Source: Solirubrobacterales bacterium (GTDB lineage: Bacteria; Actinomycetota; Thermoleophilia; Solirubrobacterales; Solirubrobacteraceae). From it: DNA of 64,000 bases. This document shows positions 1 through 8,327 of this stretch, piece after piece. Below the pieces are notes generated by a model. That model saw only the letters and a list, made by a program, of their open reading frames with translations, did not search any database and had not been told where the DNA came from. The stretch covers positions 18,302-82,301 of the forward strand of contig JBBQKR010000003.1 in the NCBI GenBank assembly GCA_038327125.1, written 5' to 3'. The translations under genes and the position numbers were made by a program. Within the stretch, counting starts at the first letter, position 1. Each line of letters begins with the position of its first letter.

Positions 1-1
1 C

Positions 2-553
2 TCGATCACGGGCCTGGCGCTCGTCGTGATCGGCGCGGGGCTGGTCTGGTCCGGATCGCTGATCCTCGGCGGCGCCGCGTTCGCGATCGGCTCGATCTGC
101 GACACGCTCGACGGGCGCTACTCGCGGATGTCGGGCAAGGGCACCCAGTTCGGCGCCTTCCTGGACTCCACGCTCGACCGCGTCGGCGAGGGGCTCGCGC
201 TGTTCGCGGCCTGCTACCTGTTCGCCGACGAGGGCCAGTCGGTGAACGCTGCGCTGTCCGCGTTCGCGATCCTCGCCTCGCTGATGGTCAGCTACACCCG
301 GGCCCGCGCCGAGGCGCTGAACGCGGACGCGGCCGTCGGCTTCGGCAGCCGCGCGACCCGCGTGGTGATCCTCTCGGCCGGCCTGATCCTGGCCGGCATC
401 CTCGGCTACGACGACCCGGTGAACGCCCTGTCGATCTCCGTCTGGGTGCTCGCCGCGATCAGCACGATCACGACGGTCCAGCGGATCGCGCACGTTCGCA
501 GACAGCTGCTCGAGCCGGCACCCGATGGCACGAACGCGGCTGATGACCTGTAA
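2..553 (+). CDS. CDP-alcohol phosphatidyltransferase, 5'-truncated by the window edge (PgsA1 / phosphatidylinositol-phosphate synthase-like)
   Basis: The reading frame is open to the window start. It carries the CDP-alcohol phosphatidyltransferase signature D-G-x2-(A/S)-R-x8-G-x3-D-x3-D ([28 protein letters not shown]) followed by hydrophobic TM segments. It lies directly upstream of ino1. Confidence 0.8.
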   Translation, partial: SITGLALVVIGAGLVWSGSLILGGAAFAIGSICDTLDGRYSRMSGKGTQFGAFLDSTLDRVGEGLALFAACYLFADEGQSVNAALSAFAILASLMVSYTRARAEALNADAAVGFGSRATRVVILSAGLILAGILGYDDPVNALSISVWVLAAISTITTVQRIAHVRRQLLEPAPDGTNAADDL

Positions 554-559
554 CCCGGT

Positions 560-575
560 GCACACCGCGGTGTGC
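560..575. promoter_or_regulatory. 16-bp perfect palindrome GCACACCGCGGTGTGC between the phosphatidyltransferase stop and the ino1 start (operator or short hairpin)
   Basis: Read directly from the sequence. It is followed by TTCCCCCC. The function is not established. Confidence 0.3.
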
Positions 576-612
576 TTCCCCCCGGAACGACTGTGAGAAG
601 GGAACCCCTACT

Positions 613-1833
613 GTGAGCACCAACGGCAAGGCGACCACCGCCGCCGCATCGAACGGCAAGGCCCGCTACCAGCGCGACAAGGTCCGCGTAGCGATCATCG
701 GCGTCGGCAACTGCGCGAACAGCTTCGTGCAGGGCGTCGAGTACTACAAGAACGCCAGCACGAAGGAGCCCGTCCCGGGCCTCATGCACGTGGACCTCGG
801 CGGCTACCACATCAGCGACATCGAGTTCACCTGCGCGTTCGACATCAACGCGACCAAGGTCGGCAAGGACCTCGGCCAGGCGATCTGGGCCAAGCCCAAC
901 AACACGATCAAGTTCGCGAGCGTCCCGAAGAAGATCGGTGCGCCGGTGCATCGCGGGATGACCCTCGACGGCATCGGCAAGTACGCCAAGGAGGTCATCA
1001 CCAAGGCCCCCGGCGAGACCGCCGACATGGTCTCGATCCTCAAGGCGACCCACACCGACGTCGTCGTCTCCTACCTGCCCGTCGGCTCGGAGGACGCGAC
1101 CCGCTGGTACGTCGAGCAGATCCTCGAGGCCGGCTGCGCGTTCGTGAACTGCATCCCGGTGTTCATCGCCAGCGAGGACTACTGGGACAAGAAGTTCAAG
1201 AAGGCCGGCGTGCCGATCATCGGCGACGACATCAAGAGCCAGGTCGGCGCGACGATCGTCCATCGCACGCTCGCCCGCCTCTTCCACGACCGCGGCGTGA
1301 AGATGCTGCGCACGTCGCAGCTGAACGTCGGCGGCAACATGGACTTCTTCAACATGCTCGAGCGCGAGCGCCTGGAGTCCAAGAAGATCTCCAAGACGCA
1401 GGCGGTCACGTCGATCATGGGCCACGACCTGCCCAAGGACGACGTCTACATCGGCCCGTCGGACTACGTGCCGTGGCTGACCGACCGCAAGTGGGCGCAC
1501 ATTCGCGTCGAGGGCCAGGCCTTCGGCGACGTGCCGCTGAACCTCGAGATGAAGCTCGAGGTCTGGGACTCGCCGAACTCGGCCGGCATCGTCATCGACG
1601 CCGTGCGCCTGTGCAAGCTCGCGCTGAACAACGGCATCAGCGGGCAGCTCGACGGTCCGAGCTCGTACCTCATGAAGTCGCCCAAGAACCAGCGCCCGGA
1701 CGACGACGCGCGCCAGGACACGGACGCGTTCATCGCCAAGTACGGGGGCAAGGGCGGCCCGAAGAGCACGCCGAAGGGCCGCAAGGCCGCCGCGAAGAAG
1801 CCGGCTGCCAAGAAGGCCGCCGCCAAGGCCTGA
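613..1833 (+). CDS. ino1: myo-inositol-1-phosphate synthase with an unusual C-terminal Lys/Ala-rich tail
   Basis: N-terminal Rossmann motif [16 protein letters not shown]. Conserved Ino1 blocks are present ([44 protein letters not shown]). GTG start. About 30 extra residues at the C-terminus ([29 protein letters not shown]). Confidence 0.93.
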   Translation: MSTNGKATTAAASNGKARYQRDKVRVAIIGVGNCANSFVQGVEYYKNASTKEPVPGLMHVDLGGYHISDIEFTCAFDINATKVGKDLGQAIWAKPNNTIKFASVPKKIGAPVHRGMTLDGIGKYAKEVITKAPGETADMVSILKATHTDVVVSYLPVGSEDATRWYVEQILEAGCAFVNCIPVFIASEDYWDKKFKKAGVPIIGDDIKSQVGATIVHRTLARLFHDRGVKMLRTSQLNVGGNMDFFNMLERERLESKKISKTQAVTSIMGHDLPKDDVYIGPSDYVPWLTDRKWAHIRVEGQAFGDVPLNLEMKLEVWDSPNSAGIVIDAVRLCKLALNNGISGQLDGPSSYLMKSPKNQRPDDDARQDTDAFIAKYGGKGGPKSTPKGRKAAAKKPAAKKAAAKA

Positions 1834-1859
1834 GCCTGCGCGGCTCGTCACGACTGACC

Positions 1860-1885
1860 GATGGCCCGCCGCTCGGCGGGCCATC
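1860..1885 (+). terminator. Intrinsic-terminator-like hairpin after ino1
   Basis: Perfect 11-bp stem GATGGCCCGCC / GGCGGGCCATC with loop GCTC, followed by GTCGTTCC (weak U tract). Confidence 0.55.
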
Positions 1886-1927
1886 GTCGTTCCGGGCGCG
1901 GCCTCCCTTCACCTATCCTCGATCCGA

Positions 1928-3820
1928 GTGCCCGACCGCTTCGCCATCGCCCAGGTCACGCCGTACGCGTGGGAGCGCTCGCACGAGGTCAACACGCACG
2001 TGCGTGAGGTCAGCGCCGAGCTGGCCGCCCGCGGCCACCGCGTGCTGATCGTCGCGCCGTCGTCGTCGGCCAAGCTCGCCCGCGACGGGCGGCGGCTGGT
2101 CCGCGACCCGGGCGCCGGGCTGCTCGAGCATGCCGACGGCGAGCCGCTGCTGCTGACCGTCGGCGAGGCGGTCGATCCGCCGCTGCCCGGCCGCCGGCGC
2201 TCGGCTGCGCTGCCGATGGACGTCACCCGCACGCTCGGCGACCTGTTCGAGCAGACGCCGCTGGACATCGTCCACGTCCACGAGCCGTTCGCGCCGAGCA
2301 TCGCCAGCGCGGCGCTGCGCGCCAGCCGCGCGCTCAACGTCGGCTCGTTCCACGCACCGACCGAGCGGATCGTCTCGACGCAGGTCGCCCGCAAGGTCGT
2401 GCAGCTCGTCTTCGGCCGGCTGGACGCGCGGACCGCGAGCTACCCCTCGACCGCCGAGATCATGGCCCGGCACTTCCCGGCGCGGTACCGCCTGCTGCCG
2501 ACCGGCGCTCCCGCGCTGGAGCGCGCCGCCCGCAGCCCCGACGCGCCGCTGCGAATCGCGTTCGTCGAGGCGGAGGAGCGCCAGGCGCTGCGCCTGCTGC
2601 TGCGCTCGCTGCGCCACGTGACCTGCGAACGCCCGTGGGAGCTGGTCGTGCTGAGCGCGCGCGGGCCATCGTCGACGCCGCTGCGTGCCGAGCTGCGCGA
2701 GCACGTGCGCTACGTCTCGGCCGAGGAGACCAGCGAGGACGAGCTGCTGCAGAACGCCGACATCCTCGTCGCCGCGTCGACGGGGACCGAGCCGCAGCCG
2801 GCGCTCGTCGCCCGCGCGATCGCTGCAGGCGCCGTCCCCCTCGCCAGCGGCCTCTCCGTCTATGCCGATGTCGTCGGCGAGGGCGAGCGTGGCCTGCTGT
2901 TCCACGCCCGCGACCCAACGGCCCTCGGCGAGCAGCTCACCCGGCTGCTCGCCGACGACGCGCTGCGCAAGCGCCTGCGCACCGCGGCCGTGCCGCGGCC
3001 GTGGAGCGCCGTCGCCGACGACGTCGAGGCGCTGTACGCGGAGATCGCAGCGCGGCGCAAGGACCCCACGGGCAACCCGCAGTTGCGGCGCAAGCTGGAG
3101 CAGCGCCCGCTGATCGACGTCGACCTGCACATGCACACCGACCACAGCCACGACTGCGCGACCCCGGTCGAGGTGCTGATGGCGACGGCGCGTGAGAAGG
3201 GCCTCGGGGCGATCGCGGTCACCGAGCACAACGAGATCTCCGGCGCGCAGGCCGCCGCGGCGCTGTCGGACGAGTACGGCGTCAAGGTCATCCTCGCCGA
3301 GGAGGTCAAGACGACCAGCCAGGGTGAGGTGATCGGCCTCTTCATCACCGAGAAGATCGAGCGCGGGATGACGCTGGCCGAGACGGTGGCGGAGATCAAG
3401 CGCCAGGGCGGGCTGGTCTACGTGCCGCATCCGTTCGACCGCATGCACGCCGTGCCCGACTACGAGCACCTGCTCGACATCATCGAGGACGTCGACCTGA
3501 TCGAGGTCTTCAATCCGCGGGTGGCCTTCAGCGCCTTCAACGACGAGGCGGTCCGGTTCGCCGCCAAGTACCGCATCCCGGCGGGCGCCGGCTCCGATGC
3601 GCACGTCGCGCAGGGACTGGGCACGGCGCGGGTGCGGATGCGCGACTTCGACGGGCCGCAGGAGTTCCTGGAGTCCCTGCGCGGGGGGGAGATCGTCACG
3701 CTGCCGACGAACTACGTGTACGTGCAGGCACTCAAGTTCCTGCAGACCAAGGCGACGCCTGAAGGTGCCCGCCGCTCAGTCAAGGAGCGACGCGTACGGC
3801 GGGCGACCCGCAAGGCCTGA
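1928..3820 (+). CDS. Fusion protein: GT4-family glycosyltransferase (N-terminal, about residues 1-375) plus PHP-domain metal-dependent phosphoesterase (about residues 396-590)
   Basis: GT4 hallmarks: N-terminal ...ELAARGHRVLIVAP..., HVHEPFAP, and C-terminal ADILVAASTGTEPQPALVARAIAAGAVPLAS (a degenerate EX7E motif). PHP motifs: DLHMHTDHSHD, VTEHNE, YVPHPFD, GAGSDAH. It is a single uninterrupted ORF with a GTG start. Confidence 0.8.
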   Translation: MPDRFAIAQVTPYAWERSHEVNTHVREVSAELAARGHRVLIVAPSSSAKLARDGRRLVRDPGAGLLEHADGEPLLLTVGEAVDPPLPGRRRSAALPMDVTRTLGDLFEQTPLDIVHVHEPFAPSIASAALRASRALNVGSFHAPTERIVSTQVARKVVQLVFGRLDARTASYPSTAEIMARHFPARYRLLPTGAPALERAARSPDAPLRIAFVEAEERQALRLLLRSLRHVTCERPWELVVLSARGPSSTPLRAELREHVRYVSAEETSEDELLQNADILVAASTGTEPQPALVARAIAAGAVPLASGLSVYADVVGEGERGLLFHARDPTALGEQLTRLLADDALRKRLRTAAVPRPWSAVADDVEALYAEIAARRKDPTGNPQLRRKLEQRPLIDVDLHMHTDHSHDCATPVEVLMATAREKGLGAIAVTEHNEISGAQAAAALSDEYGVKVILAEEVKTTSQGEVIGLFITEKIERGMTLAETVAEIKRQGGLVYVPHPFDRMHAVPDYEHLLDIIEDVDLIEVFNPRVAFSAFNDEAVRFAAKYRIPAGAGSDAHVAQGLGTARVRMRDFDGPQEFLESLRGGEIVTLPTNYVYVQALKFLQTKATPEGARRSVKERRVRRATRKA

Positions 3821-4473
3821 TGCACGGCGAGGGAGACGCGCTCCGGCCGTCGAATCCCGGTGCAGCCGTGCCAGCCACTGACGACGAGATCCGCGAGAAG
3901 TACCTCGAACGCGCCATCCGCGAGATGAACTCGCTGACGCGCGACATCCAGTCCTGTCGCCACTGCCCGCGCGGCAGCCTGATGCCGGTGCTGGGATCCG
4001 GCCACCCGCAGGCCGACGTGCTGCTGCTGAAGTACGCGCCGCAGGTCGCCGAGATCGAGGAAGGGGTCGCGTTCTACGGCCGCTCGGGCACCGCGCTGCG
4101 CAAGTCGCTCGGCCGTCTCGGCGTCGACCCACTGGCCGTCTACGGCACGCTCTGCGTGAAGTGCCCCGTCGGCGACGGCTCGCTGGCCGACCCGATCTGC
4201 CTCGCGCGCGTGACCGAGGAGATCGCGATCGTGCAGCCGCGGATCATCGTCGTGATGGGCCAGGACGCCCTGCAGGTCCTGAACGATCTCGAACTGCCGC
4301 TGAGCCGCCCGGTTCACTGGCAGCCCGGCGCGGTCCAGGAGCTGACGCCGTCGATCGAGGTCCTCGTGACCCCGAACATCGACGAGTCGCTCGACGAGGA
4401 GGACGCCAAGCGCGCCTTCTGGGCGGCATTCCGGACGCTCGGCGACTGGTGGGCCGAGCTTCCGCCCTATTAG
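3820..4473 (+). CDS. Uracil-DNA glycosylase superfamily protein (family 4/5-like, Fe-S type)
   Basis: SCRHCPRG...VLGSGHPQADVLLLKYAP...FYGRSG...LCVKCP...IIVVMG pattern. The ATG overlaps the upstream stop by 1 nt (TGATG). Confidence 0.7.
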   Translation: MHGEGDALRPSNPGAAVPATDDEIREKYLERAIREMNSLTRDIQSCRHCPRGSLMPVLGSGHPQADVLLLKYAPQVAEIEEGVAFYGRSGTALRKSLGRLGVDPLAVYGTLCVKCPVGDGSLADPICLARVTEEIAIVQPRIIVVMGQDALQVLNDLELPLSRPVHWQPGAVQELTPSIEVLVTPNIDESLDEEDAKRAFWAAFRTLGDWWAELPPY

Positions 4474-5414
4474 CCGAGGTCGAGCACGATCTTGCCGAGC
4501 TTGCTGCCGGCCGCGAAGCGCTCGTAGGCCTCGGCGACGTCGTCGAGCGGGAAGCTCTGGGCGACCGGGACCTGGAGCGTGCCCCGATCGAACAGCGGCA
4601 GGACCTCGCGCTCCATCGCGCGGGCGGTGTCCGACTTCTCCTCCAGCGGGCGTGCCCGCAACGTCGAACCGCCGATCCGCAGGCGCTGGCCCATCACCGC
4701 AAGCAGGTTGAGCTCCGCCTTGAAGCCGGCGCCGACACCGATCACGACGATCCGGCCCAGGCGCCCCATCGCACGGATGTTGTCCTCCAGGTCCGGCGCG
4801 CCGACGAGCTCGAGCAGCACGTCGTAGGGCCCGCCCGCGGAGGTCTCGGACGGGTCGAGCACCACGTGCGCGCCGAGACCGGCGACGGCCTCGCGCAGAT
4901 CGGCGTTGCGGACCGACGCCGTCACGTGCGCCCCCGCAGCGGCCGCGAGCTGGACGGCTGCCGTTCCGACACCGCCGGCCGCGCCGCTGATCAGGACGCG
5001 TTCCCCCATCCGCAGCCCCGCCTGCGCGAAGAGCGCGTCGTGTGCGGTCGTGAAGACCTCGGGCAGCCCGCCCGCAGCGAGCGCGTCGACCGTGTCCGGC
5101 ACCGGCATCGCCTGACGCTCATGCACCGCGCACAGCTCCGCCTGGCCGCCGCCGCCCACGATGGACATCACGCGGTCGCCGACGGCGAAGCGCGTGGTGC
5201 CCGGCCCGAGCGCCGCGACCCAGCCGGCGAGCTCCAGCCCCGGAATGTCTGCCGGTGAGCCGGGCGGCGCCGGGTAGGCGCCGCGGCGCTGCAGCATGTC
5301 GGCGCCGTTGAGCCCCGCGGACTGCACACGGACGAGCACCTCGCCCTGCCCGGGCTCGGGATCGGGATGGTCGGCGACGAGCACCTCGCCGTCACGGATC
5401 GTTGCGGCACGCAT
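4470..5414 (-). CDS. NADPH:quinone oxidoreductase / zinc-type alcohol dehydrogenase (MDR) family
   Basis: MRAATIRDGEVLV...GEVLVRVQSAGLNGADMLQRRGAYP... and the Rossmann motif ISGAAGGVGTAAVQLA. The start was chosen at the internal ATG at 5414, because the upstream 57 residues of the ORF are Arg/Thr-rich junk. Confidence 0.85.
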   Translation of the reverse strand: MRAATIRDGEVLVADHPDPEPGQGEVLVRVQSAGLNGADMLQRRGAYPAPPGSPADIPGLELAGWVAALGPGTTRFAVGDRVMSIVGGGGQAELCAVHERQAMPVPDTVDALAAGGLPEVFTTAHDALFAQAGLRMGERVLISGAAGGVGTAAVQLAAAAGAHVTASVRNADLREAVAGLGAHVVLDPSETSAGGPYDVLLELVGAPDLEDNIRAMGRLGRIVVIGVGAGFKAELNLLAVMGQRLRIGGSTLRARPLEEKSDTARAMEREVLPLFDRGTLQVPVAQSFPLDDVAEAYERFAAGSKLGKIVLDLG

Positions 5415-5424
5415 GGCGGCGAGT

Positions 5425-6672
5425 CTAGGAGTCGTCGTCCGCCGGGGGCCGTGCCGCCCGAATCTCGCCGTCGAGTCCCGCGTCCGCGATCGCGTCGGCG
5501 GTGATCCGGGCGCGCTCCTCGTCGTCCTCGTCGGCCGCCGCGCGGATGTCCGCGCGGGCCTCGTCGAGCGACAGCCCCGTCGCACGCAGGATGTCGTGCG
5601 CGGTCATGCGCGCCTGCCCGACGACGAGGCTGACGGACAGGTTGCGGGTCTCGTCGAGGCCCGCGGTCGTCGCCGCGGCTGCGTGCAGCGCCGACTGCTG
5701 GGCGGCGTCGCGCTCGTCCGGATCGGCGAACGCGAGCGACAGGTGCCGCGCGGCGGCGGCCAGCTCGCGCAGGCCCGCGATCACGGCCGGAGGCACGCGG
5801 TCGCCGCGGAGCACCGCGCGCTCGGCGCTGCGCGCGAGCCCGGCGACGTCGCGCTGGGCCCGCGTGACCTGATTGAGGGCGCGCGTGTAGCGCGCGACGG
5901 CGTCGCGCTGACCGCGGCGCAGCAGCGCCAGGCGGGCGGTCTCGCCGCTGGTGTCGATCGCCGCGCGCATCTCACCGATGTGCGCCTCGAGCGAGCGCGC
6001 ACGGCTCAGCGCCGCGGCGGCAGCGTCGTCGTCCTCGGACTCGAGCGCGTCGGCGACCGCGTCGATCACGTCGCCCAGCCGCGACACCGCCGGCTCGAGC
6101 GCCCCCGCCGCGAGCTTCAACGGATTGACGGGGAACAGCAGCAGGTTGAACACCAGCGCCATGCTCGCCCCGATCAGGACGTCGGTGAACCGCGACAGCC
6201 CGGTCGGGTCGCCGGGGATCGCCAGGACCGCGATCAGCACCCCCGCGTTCGCCGCCTGGACCACGACCAGCTGGTCGCCGCCGAGGAAGATCGCGACCAT
6301 CATCCCCAGGAACACGATCACCGCCAGCTGCCACGCCCCCGTTCCGATCACCTGAACGACGAGATCGGCGACGAGGATCCCCAGCGCGACGCCGACCGCG
6401 ATCTGGATCGCCCGCCGGGCGGGCTGACCGAGCGTGATGCCGAGCACCGCCACCGTGGAGATCGGGGCGAAGAACGGGCGCGGGTGACCGATCGCGTGAC
6501 GTGCCAGCAGGTAGGAGGCCGCTGAGGCGCCGGCGACCATCGCGATCCGCGGCGCCATCCGGCGCACGCGCAGCAGCCGCTCACGCAGCGACACGCGGTC
6601 GACCGCGGTGTCGAGCACGCCCTCACGCCAGCTCGCGATCGTCGTTCGGTCGGTGGTCGGCGGCTGCGGCAT
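5425..6672 (-). CDS. FUSC / aromatic acid exporter (ArAE) family membrane protein
   Basis: N-terminal TM block (AGASAASYLLARHAIGHPRPFFAPISTVAVLGITLGQPARRA...) followed by a long helical cytoplasmic C-terminal domain. The start is uncertain (ATG 6672 chosen). Confidence 0.65.
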   Translation of the reverse strand: MPQPPTTDRTTIASWREGVLDTAVDRVSLRERLLRVRRMAPRIAMVAGASAASYLLARHAIGHPRPFFAPISTVAVLGITLGQPARRAIQIAVGVALGILVADLVVQVIGTGAWQLAVIVFLGMMVAIFLGGDQLVVVQAANAGVLIAVLAIPGDPTGLSRFTDVLIGASMALVFNLLLFPVNPLKLAAGALEPAVSRLGDVIDAVADALESEDDDAAAAALSRARSLEAHIGEMRAAIDTSGETARLALLRRGQRDAVARYTRALNQVTRAQRDVAGLARSAERAVLRGDRVPPAVIAGLRELAAAARHLSLAFADPDERDAAQQSALHAAAATTAGLDETRNLSVSLVVGQARMTAHDILRATGLSLDEARADIRAAADEDDEERARITADAIADAGLDGEIRAARPPADDDS

Positions 6673-6697
6673 TCCCGGCCAGCGTACGCTTCTGGGC

Positions 6698-7390
6698 GTG
6701 AACCTCATCCAGTCAGAGCAGCGCGTCCTCGGTGCCCTGCTCGAGAAGCAGCGCACGACGCCCGACCAGTACCCGCTGACGCTCAACGCGCTGCGGCTGG
6801 CGTGCAACCAGGCGACGAACCGCGACCCGGTCGTGGACTACGACGAGGCGACGCTGCGCGACGCGCTCGAGCGCCTGGGGCGCCGGCGCTGGACGCGATA
6901 CGCGAGCTCGTCCGGCAGCCGTGCGCCGAAGTATCGCCACCTGCTCGATGAGACGCTTGCGATCACGCCCGACGAGCAGGCCGTGCTCGCCATCCTGCTG
7001 CTGCGCGGCCCGCAGACGCCGGGCGAGCTGCGCGCCCGCACCGAGCGCCTGCACCGCTTCGCCTCCGGCGAGGAGCTGCTCACGACGCTCGGTCGCCTGA
7101 TGGAGCGCGGCCTGGTCCGCGAGATCGGGCGCCGTCCGGGCCAGAAGGAGGACCGCTGGCAGCACATGCTCGGTGACGACGACCCGATCGATCAGGCGGC
7201 CCTGAGCCCGTACCAGGAGCACACGCCTGCACCCTCCGCTGCGGCGATCAGCGCTGCAGCCGACGACGAGATCGCCCGCGCCGGCACGGGCGCCGGACGC
7301 ATCGCCGCCGTCGAGGCGGAGGTCCGCGCGCTGCGCGACGAGCTGGACGCGCTGCGCGCGCGTGTGCAGGCGCTCGAGCGCGGCGACTGA
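6698..7390 (+). CDS. YceH-like DUF480 family protein
   Basis: LIQSEQRVLGALLEKQRTTPDQYPLTLNALRLACNQATNRDPVV... with a duplicated winged-helix pattern (EQAVLAILLLRGPQTPGELR). GTG start at 6698, chosen to avoid overlap with the divergent gene. Confidence 0.75.
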   Translation: MNLIQSEQRVLGALLEKQRTTPDQYPLTLNALRLACNQATNRDPVVDYDEATLRDALERLGRRRWTRYASSSGSRAPKYRHLLDETLAITPDEQAVLAILLLRGPQTPGELRARTERLHRFASGEELLTTLGRLMERGLVREIGRRPGQKEDRWQHMLGDDDPIDQAALSPYQEHTPAPSAAAISAAADDEIARAGTGAGRIAAVEAEVRALRDELDALRARVQALERGD

Positions 7391-7462
7391 CCAGGCTCGA
7401 CTTGGCGTCCGCGCGCCCGCGTGGGAGAGTCGTCCGGCAAGCTCAACGAAAGGGAGGCCGGA

Positions 7463-7678
7463 ATGGCCGGAAGCGTGTATCGCGTCACCGAGGTGATCGG
7501 TGTCAGCAGCGAGTCGTGGGAGGATGCCGCCCGTCAGGCGGTCGAAGTGGCGGCGAAGTCGGTCCGCGACCTGCGCGTGGCGGAGGTCGTCCGCGAGGAC
7601 GTCACGATCGAGGACGGGAAGATCAGCAGCTACCGCGTCCGCCTCGCGATCTCGTTCAAGTACGAGACCGGGGACTGA
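7463..7678 (+). CDS. Dodecin family flavin-binding protein
   Basis: MAGSVYRVTEVIGVSSESWEDAARQAVEVAAKSVRDLRVAEVVREDVTIEDGKISSYRVRLAISFKYE. A strong RBS (AAAGGGAGG) lies upstream of ATG 7463. Confidence 0.88.
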   Translation: MAGSVYRVTEVIGVSSESWEDAARQAVEVAAKSVRDLRVAEVVREDVTIEDGKISSYRVRLAISFKYETGD

Positions 7679-7739
7679 TCCCACCTGACGCAACGGCGCC
7701 CGGTCGCGACCGGCCGGGCGTCACGGGTTCATCGGCCGC

Positions 7740-8327
7740 ATGAGCTCCCCGCTGCTCGAGATCCTCGTGATGCTGGGGGTCGTCTTCGCCCTCAACGTCA
7801 TGCCCGCGTTCGGGCCGCCGACGTGGAGCGTGCTGGTCTTCTTCCTCCTGCGCTGGGACATCCCGGAGCCGATCCTCGTGGTCGGCGGCGCCGCTGCGGC
7901 GGCGAGCGGGCGCTACGTCCTGGCGCTCCTCAGCCGCCGCTTCGGGAACCGGCTTCCCCAGGCCAAGCGCGGCGACCTGGAGGCCGTGGGCAAGCGGCTC
8001 AACGGCGCGCGCAGCCGCTGGGCGCTGCTGGGGCTGTTCGTCGTCTCCCCGCTGCCGTCGGCGCAGCTGTTCGTGGCCGCAGGCCTGACACCGCAGACGC
8101 CGCTCGTGCAACTGACGGGCGCATTCTTCTGCGGCCGGCTCGTCACCTACTCGCTGTATGTCGGCGGGGCGTCGGTCGCGCAGGACCGCCTCGACGACCT
8201 GCTCACCGGCGGTCTCACGTCACCGGCGGCGATCGCGCTGCAGGTCCTGATGCTCGCGCTGCTCGCGGCGTTCGTCCTCATCCCGTGGTCGCGCATCCTC
8301 ACGCGCACACCGAGAACGACGCGCTGA
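7740..8327 (+). CDS. Integral membrane protein of unknown function (about 4-5 TM)
   Basis: Hydrophobic profile and high GC3. No motif that I can name securely. Confidence 0.55.
   Translation: MSSPLLEILVMLGVVFALNVMPAFGPPTWSVLVFFLLRWDIPEPILVVGGAAAAASGRYVLALLSRRFGNRLPQAKRGDLEAVGKRLNGARSRWALLGLFVVSPLPSAQLFVAAGLTPQTPLVQLTGAFFCGRLVTYSLYVGGASVAQDRLDDLLTGGLTSPAAIALQVLMLALLAAFVLIPWSRILTRTPRTTR

Noticed and set aside
406-1884. 492-aa ORF antisense to ino1
   Set aside because: It is an Arg/Ala/Gly/Leu-rich low-complexity translation, opposite a gene with unmistakable Ino1 motifs. This is a typical shadow ORF of a very GC-rich genome.
1913-3604. 563-aa ORF antisense to the GT4-PHP gene
   Set aside because: It has the same shadow-ORF composition (R/A/G/D/L runs) and no motifs. 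The plus-strand frame carries clear GT4 and PHP signatures.
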